DNA of 64,000 nucleotides from Myxococcota bacterium (GCA_965140415.1 OZ223209.1:1952001-2016000), one strand, 5' to 3'; shown: positions 31,526 through 42,245, counted from the stretch's first letter. Made by a program: numbers and translations. Notes: generated from the letters alone by a model not told the origin.

Positions 31526-32254
31526 TTACAAGCGCTCCTCGGTCCAGTCCGGACCCGGCGCGGTAAAGATAAAGTGGCCAGCCGGAAACGTCTGGTTGGT
31601 TTCCGGATTAGAGAAGATCAGGTGATTCAGGTTGCCGATGGTGTCCACCAGTAACGTTTCTTCGATGCGGTGACTTGCCGGATCGAGCACCAGATAAAGC
31701 GTATCGAATTGATTCTTGTCGTGTTTGGGAACGAGTTCCAATACCAGTCGCTTGTTCACCGGCAACACACCTTCCAGGTTTTCTACCTGCAACCGGGTAA
31801 TGGCATAGTCCGCCAGCAGGTCACCTCCACCCCATAAAAACGCCAGGCTCGATTCCAGCGCGCTGCTTTGCAGATCTTCTCGTATCGTCACACGCTTCTG
31901 TTCCCATTCCACCACCCACAGGCTTTTTCCATTGGTGATGAACGACTTCTTTTCCGGTTCGGTATAAGCCCAGTGCATATTCGTCGGGCGCGCGAAATCG
32001 ACTTGTCCCTTACTGCTTTTTTGTCTCTTGGTGAGTTTGGAGTGATAATTCTGAGTAAACGTTGCCCGAAAGTTTTCCGCTTTCTTGTAATAATCGCGCA
32101 ATCCTTCCACAGCCTGAAGCACTTCTGCGGGTGCTTTGGGGTCTGCTTTGGGTGGTGTTAGCTTTACGGTGGATTGCTGCGCCCATGAGGCATTCAACTC
32201 GCACAACGAAAGGGCGATCATCAGGCAAAGCAGTTGCATAGAAATCCGCGTCAT
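31526..32254 (-). CDS. lolA: Outer-membrane lipoprotein carrier LolA family
   Basis: Signal peptide, FRATFTQ, G-x-V-x-F-x-RP-x-x-x-x-W-x-Y, terminal FIFTAP. ATG 32254 follows AGGAGG. ftsK neighbourhood. Confidence 0.85.
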   Translation of the reverse strand: MTRISMQLLCLMIALSLCELNASWAQQSTVKLTPPKADPKAPAEVLQAVEGLRDYYKKAENFRATFTQNYHSKLTKRQKSSKGQVDFARPTNMHWAYTEPEKKSFITNGKSLWVVEWEQKRVTIREDLQSSALESSLAFLWGGGDLLADYAITRLQVENLEGVLPVNKRLVLELVPKHDKNQFDTLYLVLDPASHRIEETLLVDTIGNLNHLIFSNPETNQTFPAGHFIFTAPGPDWTEERL

Positions 32255-32331
32255 CCTACCTCCTATTATTTTTAACTCCGAAATGCGGAGAATTATTCCC
32301 TGGCGTCGTTTCGTGTTTATCCGTCGTTCTA

Positions 32332-33639
32332 TTAAAAGGTACTTTGCTTTTTCCATTGCTGCCACAAAAACATGAATAAAATAGGCAATAACGCATTACG
32401 AGCGAAAAGCCAACCGATTCCGACCGGTTTCATCTGCACCAGATCGAGATAATGATTGGGATAAACCTGATGAGTAAAAGCAAGCAACGCTCCCATGCAT
32501 AGCACGGTCCAAACAATTGAATGACGGTTATACGGCAACACGAGAACGAGTGGCGTCAGCCAGCTAAGGAACTGGGCGGAAAAGATTTTGGAGCCGATGA
32601 TCAGAATCAACAGCAGCAGCGTTGCGCCAATCAGCGCCATTCCGAACCCATTTTCTTTGTGCCACAACATTTCCCGTTTTTGCCACAATAGCCATAAAAA
32701 CGAAAGCGAAGCCGTTATCAGTAGCACAGTCCATAGTTGCGCGAGTATTGCGGAGCCGGGAAAAGAAACCGAAACCGCCAGCGCTTCTTCGTAGAGTTTC
32801 AATGTGCCGCCTAGAAGATATTGCAAAATGCCCAGGGATGCCGGAATGGATTCAAGCTGCAGCCCGCGCTGAGTCTGGTAGGCGATGAAGCTGAAAGCAT
32901 CCTGTCCCGCTGCGATCCAGAAGGGAAGGAATCCGGCCAGAATTCCCATTAATCCGGCGATGGCTGCTCGCATTCGATACGGATGGCCTTTGGCATCGGT
33001 TTGCGTCCAAACCCAGATGAGCAGGGGGGGAGCAAGTACGATGGGCGATAGCTTCAACGCCGCTGCCAGACCGAGAATGAAAGCGGCAGGGATGAATGCG
33101 CGTCTGGCGGCTAAAGCTAGCGCTGCAATGGTGGTCGCTGCAACGGCAAGATCCAGCTTATTGTATAGAATATAGGGACATAACAGCGGTAAAACGATGT
33201 AGAACGCTTGTCGCCAGGCGAGTTGGGCGGTACTGATGGTTGGTACGACGACCCGTATAACAAGAGGTAACAGTAAAAAAACGAACAGATCCAGAAGCAT
33301 CATTTGAAGGTGGAAGAATAGGTTGTACGTTTCGAACAGATCGGAACCGGCAAGAGATGCAATCATTCCCGGCGTTAACACGAAGGCGAGCATAAGCGGA
33401 GGATATTCGAACGAATTCTCACTGAAAAAGCTTTTCCCTTGTTCTCCGGCTAGTTGAAACTGTTGGTAATAGTGGTGATACAGAGGGACGTCGCTTAGTG
33501 ACAAGGGACCTTGAAGCGTCGGAGCAGTGATACTGAAATATACATAAACGGCCCGGCTGATCAGAAATAATGCAACCATTCCTAAAAGCAGGGCGCGCGT
33601 ATTCGAATTGGATTGTTGTTGTTTCGAAATCGTACTCAT
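32332..33639 (-). CDS. GT87/DUF2029-like polytopic membrane glycosyltransferase
   Basis: Many TM helices. SDVPLY, FEYPPL, RGLQLES and KIFSAQFLSWL motifs of GT-C-type enzymes. Confidence 0.72.
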   Translation of the reverse strand: MSTISKQQQSNSNTRALLLGMVALFLISRAVYVYFSITAPTLQGPLSLSDVPLYHHYYQQFQLAGEQGKSFFSENSFEYPPLMLAFVLTPGMIASLAGSDLFETYNLFFHLQMMLLDLFVFLLLPLVIRVVVPTISTAQLAWRQAFYIVLPLLCPYILYNKLDLAVAATTIAALALAARRAFIPAAFILGLAAALKLSPIVLAPPLLIWVWTQTDAKGHPYRMRAAIAGLMGILAGFLPFWIAAGQDAFSFIAYQTQRGLQLESIPASLGILQYLLGGTLKLYEEALAVSVSFPGSAILAQLWTVLLITASLSFLWLLWQKREMLWHKENGFGMALIGATLLLLILIIGSKIFSAQFLSWLTPLVLVLPYNRHSIVWTVLCMGALLAFTHQVYPNHYLDLVQMKPVGIGWLFARNALLPILFMFLWQQWKKQSTF

Positions 33640-33642
33640 CCC

Positions 33643-36426
33643 TCAATCCATCGAAATCGGGCGACCGTACACCGGGCGTCCTTTTACCCCGTCGGAGGGG
33701 CCGACAATTCCCTCTTCCTCCATCTTTTCCACAATGCGCGCCGCGCGATTGTAGCCGATGCGCAACTTGCGTTGCAGCATGGAGATCGATGCCTTGCCGC
33801 TATCGCAGACGATGGCCACCGCTGCATCGTATTCGGAGTCGTATTCTTCCGATTCGATCTTGGCTTCCTCTGCTTTTTGTTCGATACGGTCAAGAATATC
33901 CGATTGATAGGTCGCCTGGCGTTGGTGGCGCACAAAATCGACGATCGAAGCGGTTTCCTGCTCCGAAACGAAGGCTCCGTGGATGCGCTGCAAGTCTCCC
34001 GAACCGGTGCGATAGAGCATATCACCCATACCCAATAGCGATTCCGCGCCGTTCATATCCAGAATGGTGCGGCTGTCCACCTTCTGCGACACGCGGAAGG
34101 AGATGCGCGCCGGGAAGTTGTTCTTGATCAAGCCGGTGAGCACGTCAGTTGAAGGTCGCTGGGTGGCGACGATCAGGTGAATACCGCTGGCTCGCGCCAA
34201 CTGTGCCAAGCGCGCAATGGAGATTTCCACTTCTTTACCGGCCACCATCATCAAATCGGCCAGTTCGTCGATCACCACCACGATGTAAGGAATGCGTTTG
34301 GGTGGCGGGCTGCTTTTCAGCTTGCGTCCCAGGGTGCGCAGATCGCCGCCTTCGCTGGCGGAGAATTCCTCGATTACGCGCTCGATATCGCCGCCTTTCT
34401 GATCATAGGCGTCTTCCAGGTGCTTAACGAGGCGATTGTAGCTGTCGATGTTTTTCGTGCCCCACTCCGAGAGCAGCTTGTAGCGCTGGTCCATTTCGTG
34501 CACCGTCCAGGCCAGAGCCAGTGCTGCCTGCTTGGGATCGGTGACGACCGGTAGCAGCAGGTGCGGGATGCCTTCGTAGAAGTTGAACTCCAGCCGTTTG
34601 GGATCGATCAGGATGAATTTGACGTCGTCGGGCGTGGCGCGGTAGAGGATCGACAGGATCATGCCGTTGACCCCGACCGATTTACCCGCGCCGGTTGCAC
34701 CGGCGATGAGCAAGTGGGGCATCTTTTGCAGATTCGCCACCACAGGATAGCCGAAGATGTCCTTGCCCAGCGCTACCGTCAATTTGCCTTTGGATTTCGC
34801 GAATTTGCGATGCGCGATGATTTCCTTTAAGTATACTGTTTCACGGTTGGCGCTTGGGACTTCGATACCTACCACGCTTTTGCCCGGAATCGGAGCCACG
34901 ATACGTACTTTCAAGGCTGCCAAAGCCATGGCCAGATCGTCTTCCAGGTTGGAAATACGGGAGATTTTGGTACCGCGCGCCGGGGCAAACTCGTACATGG
35001 TAATGACCGGCCCGGGATGAATTTCCTGTACCTTGCCTTCGATTTTGTAATCCATCAAGGTCTGTTCGAGCAGACGCGCGTTGCTGTATAACTGCTCACG
35101 ATCCAGCTCGTTGATTCCTTCGTTGGTGTAGGACAACAGCGAAAGCGGCGGTAGTTCGTAGGGTTCCTCCTGCTCTTCGCTTTCAAAGGATAGATCCGGC
35201 AGTTCTTCCGCGCTGGGGCGCTTCGGGCGTTGATCCACGATCTGCGGTTCTTCTTCGTCGCGCTTTTTGCGTCGTCGGTTGGTGGAAGAGGGTGGGGTGG
35301 TGGCTTCTACAGATTCCAGAGCTTCCTGATCTGGGGAGGCGTTCTCTTCTTCTTGGATTTCTTCCTCTATTTCCTCGATGATTTCCGCATTCTCAACAGG
35401 TCGTTCCGTTTCTGAAACCGGACGCCGCACCTGGATCGCCACTTCGCGTTCGCCGTGATCCAGTAATTTAACCCGTTCTACTTCTGCATCACTGGATTCG
35501 GGATTTACGGGACTGTCTTGCCCATTGGCTTGGATGATCTGAGGTTTTGCGTTTTCCTGAACGCTGGAAGTGGCTGGAACTTCCTGCTTATTCGGAATTT
35601 CATTTTCCAGTTCCGCACGTGCTGCTGCGGCTAACGCTCGTTTTTCACGCCAGCTTTGCAGGCTGTTTCGCAGCCCGTTCCATAATTTTTGCAACAGCTT
35701 GGCAAAAAGGACCGCAACCCGCACGATAGCGTGCCAGAATCCAAGCGCTACGCGGCGCAGCGTTTGCCAGAAAAACAGCAATAGATGACCGGCAGTGCGC
35801 ATGGGAGGTACGCTGGTGGCCAGCACTACCGCCAGAATCAACACCAGACCGCTGACGATCCCCAGGCCCCAGTCTCCCAATAATGGCTGTAATAGCCTTG
35901 CAAACAGACCGCCTACCAGCCCACCGGGCGCGTACGGCATGTTCTTTGCGGAAAGCAGCAGTTCCAACAGCACCGAGCAGCAGATCACGATCAGGAAAAT
36001 TCCAAGGCTTTCCCGCAGTTTCAGTGCTACCGTGCGCCGCATACCCAGCACGATGCCCAACGCACCGATGCAGAAGGTCGCCAGATAAGCGCTGTAGCCG
36101 AAGCCTTGTAAGGCCGCCAATGCGATATACGCCCCTGCGCGACCGATCAGATTGCGGGCCGCGCCGTTTTCCGTGACGATGCCCGGATCTGCCGGCGTAT
36201 AGGTGATCAGCGAAAGCAGCATGACAACCGCCAGCGCCAGCAGCAGTAAGCCCCAGATTTCCAAACGCAGACCGCTATCGCCGCCTGGCTGTTTTGCAGC
36301 GGAAGTGTTGGCTTTTGCTTTCTTTTCTGCCGGTTTGCTCGCTGCCTGGCGTTTGGTCGCCACGCGACGTACCTCTTTTGTGCTATTTTTCTTCGGTGTT
36401 TTCGCTTTAGTAGATTTTGCTGCCAT
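33643..36426 (-). CDS. ftsK: DNA translocase FtsK
   Basis: 4TM N-terminus, linker, PHLLIAGATGAGKS Walker A, VIDELADLM Walker B, ATQRPS, gamma domain LQRKLRIGYNRAARI. Confidence 0.96.
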   Translation of the reverse strand: MAAKSTKAKTPKKNSTKEVRRVATKRQAASKPAEKKAKANTSAAKQPGGDSGLRLEIWGLLLLALAVVMLLSLITYTPADPGIVTENGAARNLIGRAGAYIALAALQGFGYSAYLATFCIGALGIVLGMRRTVALKLRESLGIFLIVICCSVLLELLLSAKNMPYAPGGLVGGLFARLLQPLLGDWGLGIVSGLVLILAVVLATSVPPMRTAGHLLLFFWQTLRRVALGFWHAIVRVAVLFAKLLQKLWNGLRNSLQSWREKRALAAAARAELENEIPNKQEVPATSSVQENAKPQIIQANGQDSPVNPESSDAEVERVKLLDHGEREVAIQVRRPVSETERPVENAEIIEEIEEEIQEEENASPDQEALESVEATTPPSSTNRRRKKRDEEEPQIVDQRPKRPSAEELPDLSFESEEQEEPYELPPLSLLSYTNEGINELDREQLYSNARLLEQTLMDYKIEGKVQEIHPGPVITMYEFAPARGTKISRISNLEDDLAMALAALKVRIVAPIPGKSVVGIEVPSANRETVYLKEIIAHRKFAKSKGKLTVALGKDIFGYPVVANLQKMPHLLIAGATGAGKSVGVNGMILSILYRATPDDVKFILIDPKRLEFNFYEGIPHLLLPVVTDPKQAALALAWTVHEMDQRYKLLSEWGTKNIDSYNRLVKHLEDAYDQKGGDIERVIEEFSASEGGDLRTLGRKLKSSPPPKRIPYIVVVIDELADLMMVAGKEVEISIARLAQLARASGIHLIVATQRPSTDVLTGLIKNNFPARISFRVSQKVDSRTILDMNGAESLLGMGDMLYRTGSGDLQRIHGAFVSEQETASIVDFVRHQRQATYQSDILDRIEQKAEEAKIESEEYDSEYDAAVAIVCDSGKASISMLQRKLRIGYNRAARIVEKMEEEGIVGPSDGVKGRPVYGRPISMD

Positions 36427-36503
36427 GATCGTTCTTATCCATCATCCGTCGTCGGGACGGTGCGTGTTCGCCCCCAAATCGCAACGCCGTTGTTACTACA
36501 GGG

Positions 36504-38234
36504 CTATTTCGGCGCCGGGACTTCGTGAATTCCTTCCGGGCGGGGAAGGAATCCCTTGCGTTTCGATTGTTTCGAAGTTTTTCGGTGCTTGCGTTTATTC
36601 TTTGCCACTTTACGTTCCGGCTGCGTGGCGTCCTGATATCCGGGTGGCAGCGCCGGTCCGTAAAACTGGGGCAGTTCGATGGCTTCCAGCTTTCCTTGAA
36701 GCAAAGCCCGCGCCTCGGCCCAGCGGTCGTGGTATTTCTTTGCCAGCGGTTTGCCCGGCTCGTACTTGACTTTCAACGGGTTGATGTATTTGCCATACTT
36801 CTTCAGACCGAAATGCAGGTGCGGCCCGGTGCTTCGTCCCGTGGTGCCCACGCGGCCAACCAGTTGTTTCTGGCGGATTTTCTGCCCGGCGTTCATGGCG
36901 ATGGAACTCAGGTGGCAGTAAATCGACTCGTAACCGTTGGCGTGTTTGAGCACCACGCCCTTGCCGCAGGCGCCCATCCATCCGGCTTTCTTCACACGTC
37001 CGCTGGCGATGGCCCAGATCGGCGTACCGACCGGCGCGCCATAATCGACGCCGTTGTGCTGTTTGCGTTTGCCTAGCGTGGGGTGCATGCGGAAACCGAA
37101 ACGCGACGTCACGCGGGTGGTGTCCAGCGGGGCGCGCAAAAAGCTTTTTTGCAGCGCGTTGCCTTCGCTGTCGAAGTATTCCGCGCGAGATTGATCCGGG
37201 GTTTCGAAATAGTAGGCATGCAGGTCTCCCACCAGATCGCCGTGGAAGCTGGCGGCCAGAATCTGTCCGTATTTCACGAACTTGCCCTTGTAATAGTGCT
37301 TCTCCACCAGTACGCGCCAGCTATCGCCTTTGCGGATATCGGAATAGAAATCGATGTCCCAGGCGAAGATCGAGGAGATCAGGTAGGTCAGCGCATCGCT
37401 TTCGCCCAGTTTCCAGACGGAGGTGCTTAGCGACTGCTCGATGGTGCCTGCCAAGGGGACGACGTACATCTCGGTTTCGCCATCCATGCGATAGCCGACC
37501 AGCGCGTCGTTTTCGCGTCGCGCGTAATAGTCTTCGAGCAGACGATAGTGGAAGTTGAAGGATTCGATCTGGCCGGTCGGATCGGTCTTGACTTCCCAGG
37601 TGTTTCCCGCGTGGATGCTGCGGAAATTGAAGACGTCTTTAAATGCGGCGATCACTTCCATGGCGGCGGCATATTCCAGCCCGGCGCGCATGAACGAGGT
37701 GCTTAAGGTGTCGTTCTTTTCAATCGTGCCTTTGACCGTGCGCGCCAGCGAGGTTTCCTCTACGACCTCGGTTTCATCCGTGGCGGGCTGGGTGGCATCT
37801 TGCGTGGTGTCATTTGGCAGGACGGTATCCGGCGCGGCGGCGGCTTCTTTCATTGGCTCCAACTCGTCCGGGTCGATTTCCATGCCCATGGGCTGCTCGG
37901 ATTCCGCGTTGGCCTGCGGTTTTTCCTTTGTGTTTTCAGCAGGTTCCGTATTTGTTGGAGCTTCCGCTTTAACGGCTTGCGGTTCGGCTGCTGCGTTTGT
38001 GTTATCTACAAAATCCTTAGCGATATCGGCAGGTTGACTGTCCACCGTGGCGGGTTGCTCCGGGGCGGGCTCGTTTTGCTTGCCGGTGGCGTCGTCTTCC
38101 GGCCACAAGCCCCATAGCAGCGAGGCGCAGGCAAATCCCAATAGGAAGACGAAGACCGGGGAAGACCACAGGGAAACACGCCGGGAGCGGTGTGGTGACG
38201 ACGATTGACTGGATGGGCTGTATATTTTCTGCAC
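36504..38234 (-). CDS. M23-family peptidoglycan DD-endopeptidase (MepM/Csd3-like)
   Basis: N-terminal TM, HNGVD and GPHLHF zinc motifs, YCHLS. Confidence 0.92.
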   Translation of the reverse strand: MQKIYSPSSQSSSPHRSRRVSLWSSPVFVFLLGFACASLLWGLWPEDDATGKQNEPAPEQPATVDSQPADIAKDFVDNTNAAAEPQAVKAEAPTNTEPAENTKEKPQANAESEQPMGMEIDPDELEPMKEAAAAPDTVLPNDTTQDATQPATDETEVVEETSLARTVKGTIEKNDTLSTSFMRAGLEYAAAMEVIAAFKDVFNFRSIHAGNTWEVKTDPTGQIESFNFHYRLLEDYYARRENDALVGYRMDGETEMYVVPLAGTIEQSLSTSVWKLGESDALTYLISSIFAWDIDFYSDIRKGDSWRVLVEKHYYKGKFVKYGQILAASFHGDLVGDLHAYYFETPDQSRAEYFDSEGNALQKSFLRAPLDTTRVTSRFGFRMHPTLGKRKQHNGVDYGAPVGTPIWAIASGRVKKAGWMGACGKGVVLKHANGYESIYCHLSSIAMNAGQKIRQKQLVGRVGTTGRSTGPHLHFGLKKYGKYINPLKVKYEPGKPLAKKYHDRWAEARALLQGKLEAIELPQFYGPALPPGYQDATQPERKVAKNKRKHRKTSKQSKRKGFLPRPEGIHEVPAPK

Positions 38235-38663
38235 GAAACCTCTTGATCGGGAGCCTGGCTGTCCGATTGATTCAAAGTGTTACGACATCGCGACGCTGCC
38301 GGTCGCGTACAACTCGGACATTCGCCGGATTCTGTAGCGATGCCCCAAGATACTTAATATCATTTTATCATACTTTATAGAAAGGTTTCAACGGCAATCG
38401 TTGGCTTAAAGCGGGAAAATCTGTGGAAATCGCGAGAAATCGCTCCGCCTGGCGCAGCATCGGCAAGGCAAGCCGAAACCTGCGTGCCGATTACTGCCAT
38501 TTCGACGGTGGACGTCTGGCAGTCCGGGGGAGCAATCCCCCTGTTCCGGCCAAAAGATGACAAACAAAGTCGGTGTGGAAAAAGGTTTGTACTATTTTTC
38601 ATGACCGTGCTATTTTTACCGCACATCAACTTAGTCGAGATCCATTCATGCTGGGGAGTTCAG

Positions 38664-41600
38664 ATGCCGGAAGCGACCGTTTCGATACAGGACTTTATTT
38701 CGCGTTGGAAAACCAGTGGGGCCTCCGAACGCTCCAACTACCAGCTCTTTTTATCGGAGTTGTGCAAGATCATCGGTGTGATGGGACCGGAGCCCAGCCA
38801 GCCCGATAACGAAAAGAACACCTACGTTTTCGAGAAGGCCGTCAGTCAGCACCATGCCGACGGTTCCACCTCGCAGCGTTTCATCGATCTTTACAAGCGT
38901 GGTTGCTTTGTGCTGGAAGCCAAGCAGGGCGCGGAAAAACGCGAGCATGATGAACTTGCCCTGAAATCAAAAAAGCTTAAAACCGGCCACGGTACGCGCG
39001 GCTCGCATGGCTGGGATGTCACCATGACCGCCGCCCGGCATCAGGCGGAAGGGTACGCCAAGGCGCTGCCAGTAGAGGAAGGCTGGCCGCCGTTAATTAT
39101 GGTGGCGGATGTGGGCCACGTGATCGAGGTCTTCGCGGATTTCAGCGGCACCGGTAAGGTCTACCAGCAGTTCCCGGATGCGCAGAACTTTCGCATCTAT
39201 CTGGACGATCTCCAGAAAGATGACGTTCGCGAGCGCCTGAAACTTATCTGGAGCGATCCGCATTCATTAGACCCCGCTAAGCGTAGCGCCGCCGTTACGC
39301 GCGAAGTGGCCGACCGACTGGCGAAGCTGGCGAAAAGCCTGGAAGGCAGCGAGCACGAACCCAAAGTCGTGTCCGAATTTCTCATGCGCTGCCTCTTTAC
39401 CATGTTTGCAGAGGACGTGGGTCTTTTGCCCAAGGACGCTTTTACCCGGCTTCTAGCCGAGTTGAAGGCCGAGCCGAGAAAGTTCCAGCCCATGCTTCAA
39501 TCGATGTGGGCGGATATGGATAAAGGTGGATTCTGCGGCGTGTTGCGCGATACCGTTTTGCGTTTCAATGGCGGCCTCTTTGCCGATCGCACGGCGCTGC
39601 CTTTGACCGGAGAGCAGATCGAACTTTTGGAGCACGCCGCCAAGGCGGATTGGAAAGACGTGGAGCCGCGTATCTTCGGCACCTTGCTGGAGCGCGCCTT
39701 AGATCCTAAAGAACGCCATAAACTGGGGGCGCACTTCACGCCGCGTGCCTATGTGGAGCGGCTGATCGAGCCGACACTTCTGGAGCCCTTGCGCGAGCAG
39801 TGGGAAAACGCCAAAGCCGCCGCGCTGATGGACGCCGACAAGGGCGATTTGAAATCCGCTACCGAGCGCGTCAAGACTTTCCACCGCCTGTTGTGCGACA
39901 CGAAGGTGCTGGACCCGGCCTGCGGCTCCGGCGACTTTTTGTACGTCGCGCTGGAGCACATGAAGCGGCTGGAGGGCGAGGTGCTGACCCTGATGGAGGA
40001 TTTCGGCGTGGAGTCGCGCGGGCTGGAGTTGACCGGCCTGACCGTCGATCCGCATCAGTTCCTCGGCATCGAGATCAACCCCCGCGCTACGGCGATTGCC
40101 GAGATGGTGCTGTGGATCGGTTATCTGCAATGGCATTTTCGCACCAAGGGCAATGTGAACCCGCCCGAACCGGTTTTGCGCGATTTCAAAAATATCGAGT
40201 GCCGCGACGCGCTTTTGGTGTGGGATCGCTGCGAAATCGCCACGGATAAAGACGGCAAGCCCCTTAGCCGCTGGGATGGCGAGACGATGAAGACGCACCC
40301 GGCCACCGGCGAACTGGTGCCGGATGAGACGGCCCGCGTCCCGCAACTGCAATACCTCAATCCCCGCAAGGCCGAATGGCCCCAGGCCGATTATGTCATC
40401 GGCAATCCGCCGTTTCTGGGAAAGGGCGAATTGATACGCGAGGCATTGGGGGACGGCTATGTGGAAGCACTTTGGAAAAATTATCCAGAAATGCCCCGTT
40501 CAGCGGATTTTGTACTGTACTGGTGGAATAAAGCAGCCCATTTGCTGAGAGATGGTAAGCTCAAGCGATTTGGTTTCATCACCACCAACTCAATTCACCA
40601 GACCTTTAACCGGAAAGTCCTTGATAGGCATATGACGGCGAAAGATCCGCTATCCATTCATTTCGCCATTCCCGATCATCCCTGGGTGGATAACACAGAT
40701 GGCGCTGACGTTCGAATTGCTATCACTGTAGCACGAGCTGGGGAATATTCAGGAAACGTAGCAAATATCGAGCGAGAAGTAAAAAGCGACCAAGATACCC
40801 GGATGGTACTGCTTGCAGAAAGCAAAGGAGTAATTCACAGCAATCTGCGTATTGGCGCTGATGTAGGTTCTGCTGTCGCGTTAATGGCTAACCAAAATCT
40901 CAGTTGGAATGGCATTATGACTGCGGGTCGCGGTTTCCTTGTCACGCATGAACAAGCAGAAAAGCTAGGGTTTGGAAAATCGGAGACTCTGAGCAAACGT
41001 ATTCGCCCCTTCATGAATGGACGAGATATCAATCAAACTCCAAGAGGAATGTATGTGATCGATCTTTTTGGATTAGAAATCAAAGAAGTCCAGATGCAGT
41101 GTCCTGATTTGTATCAATGGGTCTACGAAAATGTTAAGCCGGATAGAGATGTAAAAAGGGACAAGAAATTTAGAGAACGTTGGTGGGATTTTGGACGACC
41201 AAGACCTGACTTCAGGAAAGCTACAGAAACCCTTGAAAGATTCATTGCGACGGTTGAAACTTCAAAACACCGAATGTTCGTTTTCCTTTCTTCTGAAATA
41301 TTGCCAGAGCATAAACTGGTGAATATTGCTCTTGATGATGCGTTTTTTCTAGGCGTTCTATCGAGTCGAGCGCATGTATGCTGGGCGTTAGCCTCCGGTG
41401 GTCGTTTGGGGGTTGGTAACGATCCTGTTTATGTGAAATCCAGATGTCTAGACACCTTCCCCTTCCCGGATGCCACGGACGAGCAGAAGGCCCACATCCG
41501 CGACCTGGCCGAGCGCCTGGACGCCCACCGCAAGCAGCGCCAGGCCGAACACGAAAACCTGACCATGACCGGCATGTACAACGTGCTGGAAAAGCTGCGC

Positions 41601-42113
41601 AGCGGCGAGGCGTTGACCAAGAAGGAGCAGCATATTCACGAATGGGCGGCCACAACCGTGTTGAAGGAGTTGCACGACGAGTTGGACGCCGCCGTTTTCG
41701 ACGCCTACGGCTGGCCCGCCGACCTGGACGACGAGGACATCCTGGAGCGGTTGGTGGCGCTCAACCATGAACGCGCCGACGAGGAAAAGCGGGGGGTGAT
41801 CCGCTGGCTCAGGCCCGACTACCAGAACCCGGACGGCCACAGCGCCGCCACGCAGACCGAAGCCGAACTTGCCGAACGCACCCCGGCCAAGGCCAAAGCC
41901 GCCGCCATGAAAAAACGCCCCTGGCCCAAAGCCCTGCCCGAGCAGGTGCAGGCCGTGCGCGAGGTGCTGGCCGAACTCCCGGAAGCGGCCGACGAGGCGA
42001 CCATCGCCAAAGCCTTTAAAGGCGCACGCAAGGACAAGCTTTCCGAAATCCTGGCGACATTGGAAGTTATGGGTGGGGCCAAGCGGACGGATGAGGGTTT
42101 GTGGAGTTGCTGA
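38664..42113 (+). CDS. MmeI-like type IIG/IIL restriction-modification fusion (nuclease + adenine MTase + TRD)
   Basis: N-terminal IDLYKRGCFVLEAK (PD-(D/E)xK), GAHFTP, LDPACGSG motif I, GNPPF motif IV, LHDELDAAVFDAYGW C-terminal motif. ATG 38664 follows GGGGAG. Confidence 0.88.
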   Translation: MPEATVSIQDFISRWKTSGASERSNYQLFLSELCKIIGVMGPEPSQPDNEKNTYVFEKAVSQHHADGSTSQRFIDLYKRGCFVLEAKQGAEKREHDELALKSKKLKTGHGTRGSHGWDVTMTAARHQAEGYAKALPVEEGWPPLIMVADVGHVIEVFADFSGTGKVYQQFPDAQNFRIYLDDLQKDDVRERLKLIWSDPHSLDPAKRSAAVTREVADRLAKLAKSLEGSEHEPKVVSEFLMRCLFTMFAEDVGLLPKDAFTRLLAELKAEPRKFQPMLQSMWADMDKGGFCGVLRDTVLRFNGGLFADRTALPLTGEQIELLEHAAKADWKDVEPRIFGTLLERALDPKERHKLGAHFTPRAYVERLIEPTLLEPLREQWENAKAAALMDADKGDLKSATERVKTFHRLLCDTKVLDPACGSGDFLYVALEHMKRLEGEVLTLMEDFGVESRGLELTGLTVDPHQFLGIEINPRATAIAEMVLWIGYLQWHFRTKGNVNPPEPVLRDFKNIECRDALLVWDRCEIATDKDGKPLSRWDGETMKTHPATGELVPDETARVPQLQYLNPRKAEWPQADYVIGNPPFLGKGELIREALGDGYVEALWKNYPEMPRSADFVLYWWNKAAHLLRDGKLKRFGFITTNSIHQTFNRKVLDRHMTAKDPLSIHFAIPDHPWVDNTDGADVRIAITVARAGEYSGNVANIEREVKSDQDTRMVLLAESKGVIHSNLRIGADVGSAVALMANQNLSWNGIMTAGRGFLVTHEQAEKLGFGKSETLSKRIRPFMNGRDINQTPRGMYVIDLFGLEIKEVQMQCPDLYQWVYENVKPDRDVKRDKKFRERWWDFGRPRPDFRKATETLERFIATVETSKHRMFVFLSSEILPEHKLVNIALDDAFFLGVLSSRAHVCWALASGGRLGVGNDPVYVKSRCLDTFPFPDATDEQKAHIRDLAERLDAHRKQRQAEHENLTMTGMYNVLEKLRSGEALTKKEQHIHEWAATTVLKELHDELDAAVFDAYGWPADLDDEDILERLVALNHERADEEKRGVIRWLRPDYQNPDGHSAATQTEAELAERTPAKAKAAAMKKRPWPKALPEQVQAVREVLAELPEAADEATIAKAFKGARKDKLSEILATLEVMGGAKRTDEGLWSC

Positions 42114-42245
42114 AGATAGGGAAACAGCACCATAACCGAATTGCGCATATTTTTTCCCCCGCCCTGACGTCTTCGCTTTACAAAATGGTGAAACGGGGTA
42201 AGGTCGGCAGGGTGAGTTCAACCCCTTGTTTCAAAGGAAGCCGCC

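Noticed and set aside
38461-38482. GGC...GCC-GAAAC as a hammerhead ribozyme core
   Set aside because: The required upstream CUGANGA box is absent.
38484-38663. N-terminal extensions in the ORF track (also 554, 11605, 19632, 26524, 32365, 43348, 60548)
   Set aside because: Downstream starts have better RBS or gene-packing support and begin at the family N-terminus or signal peptide.
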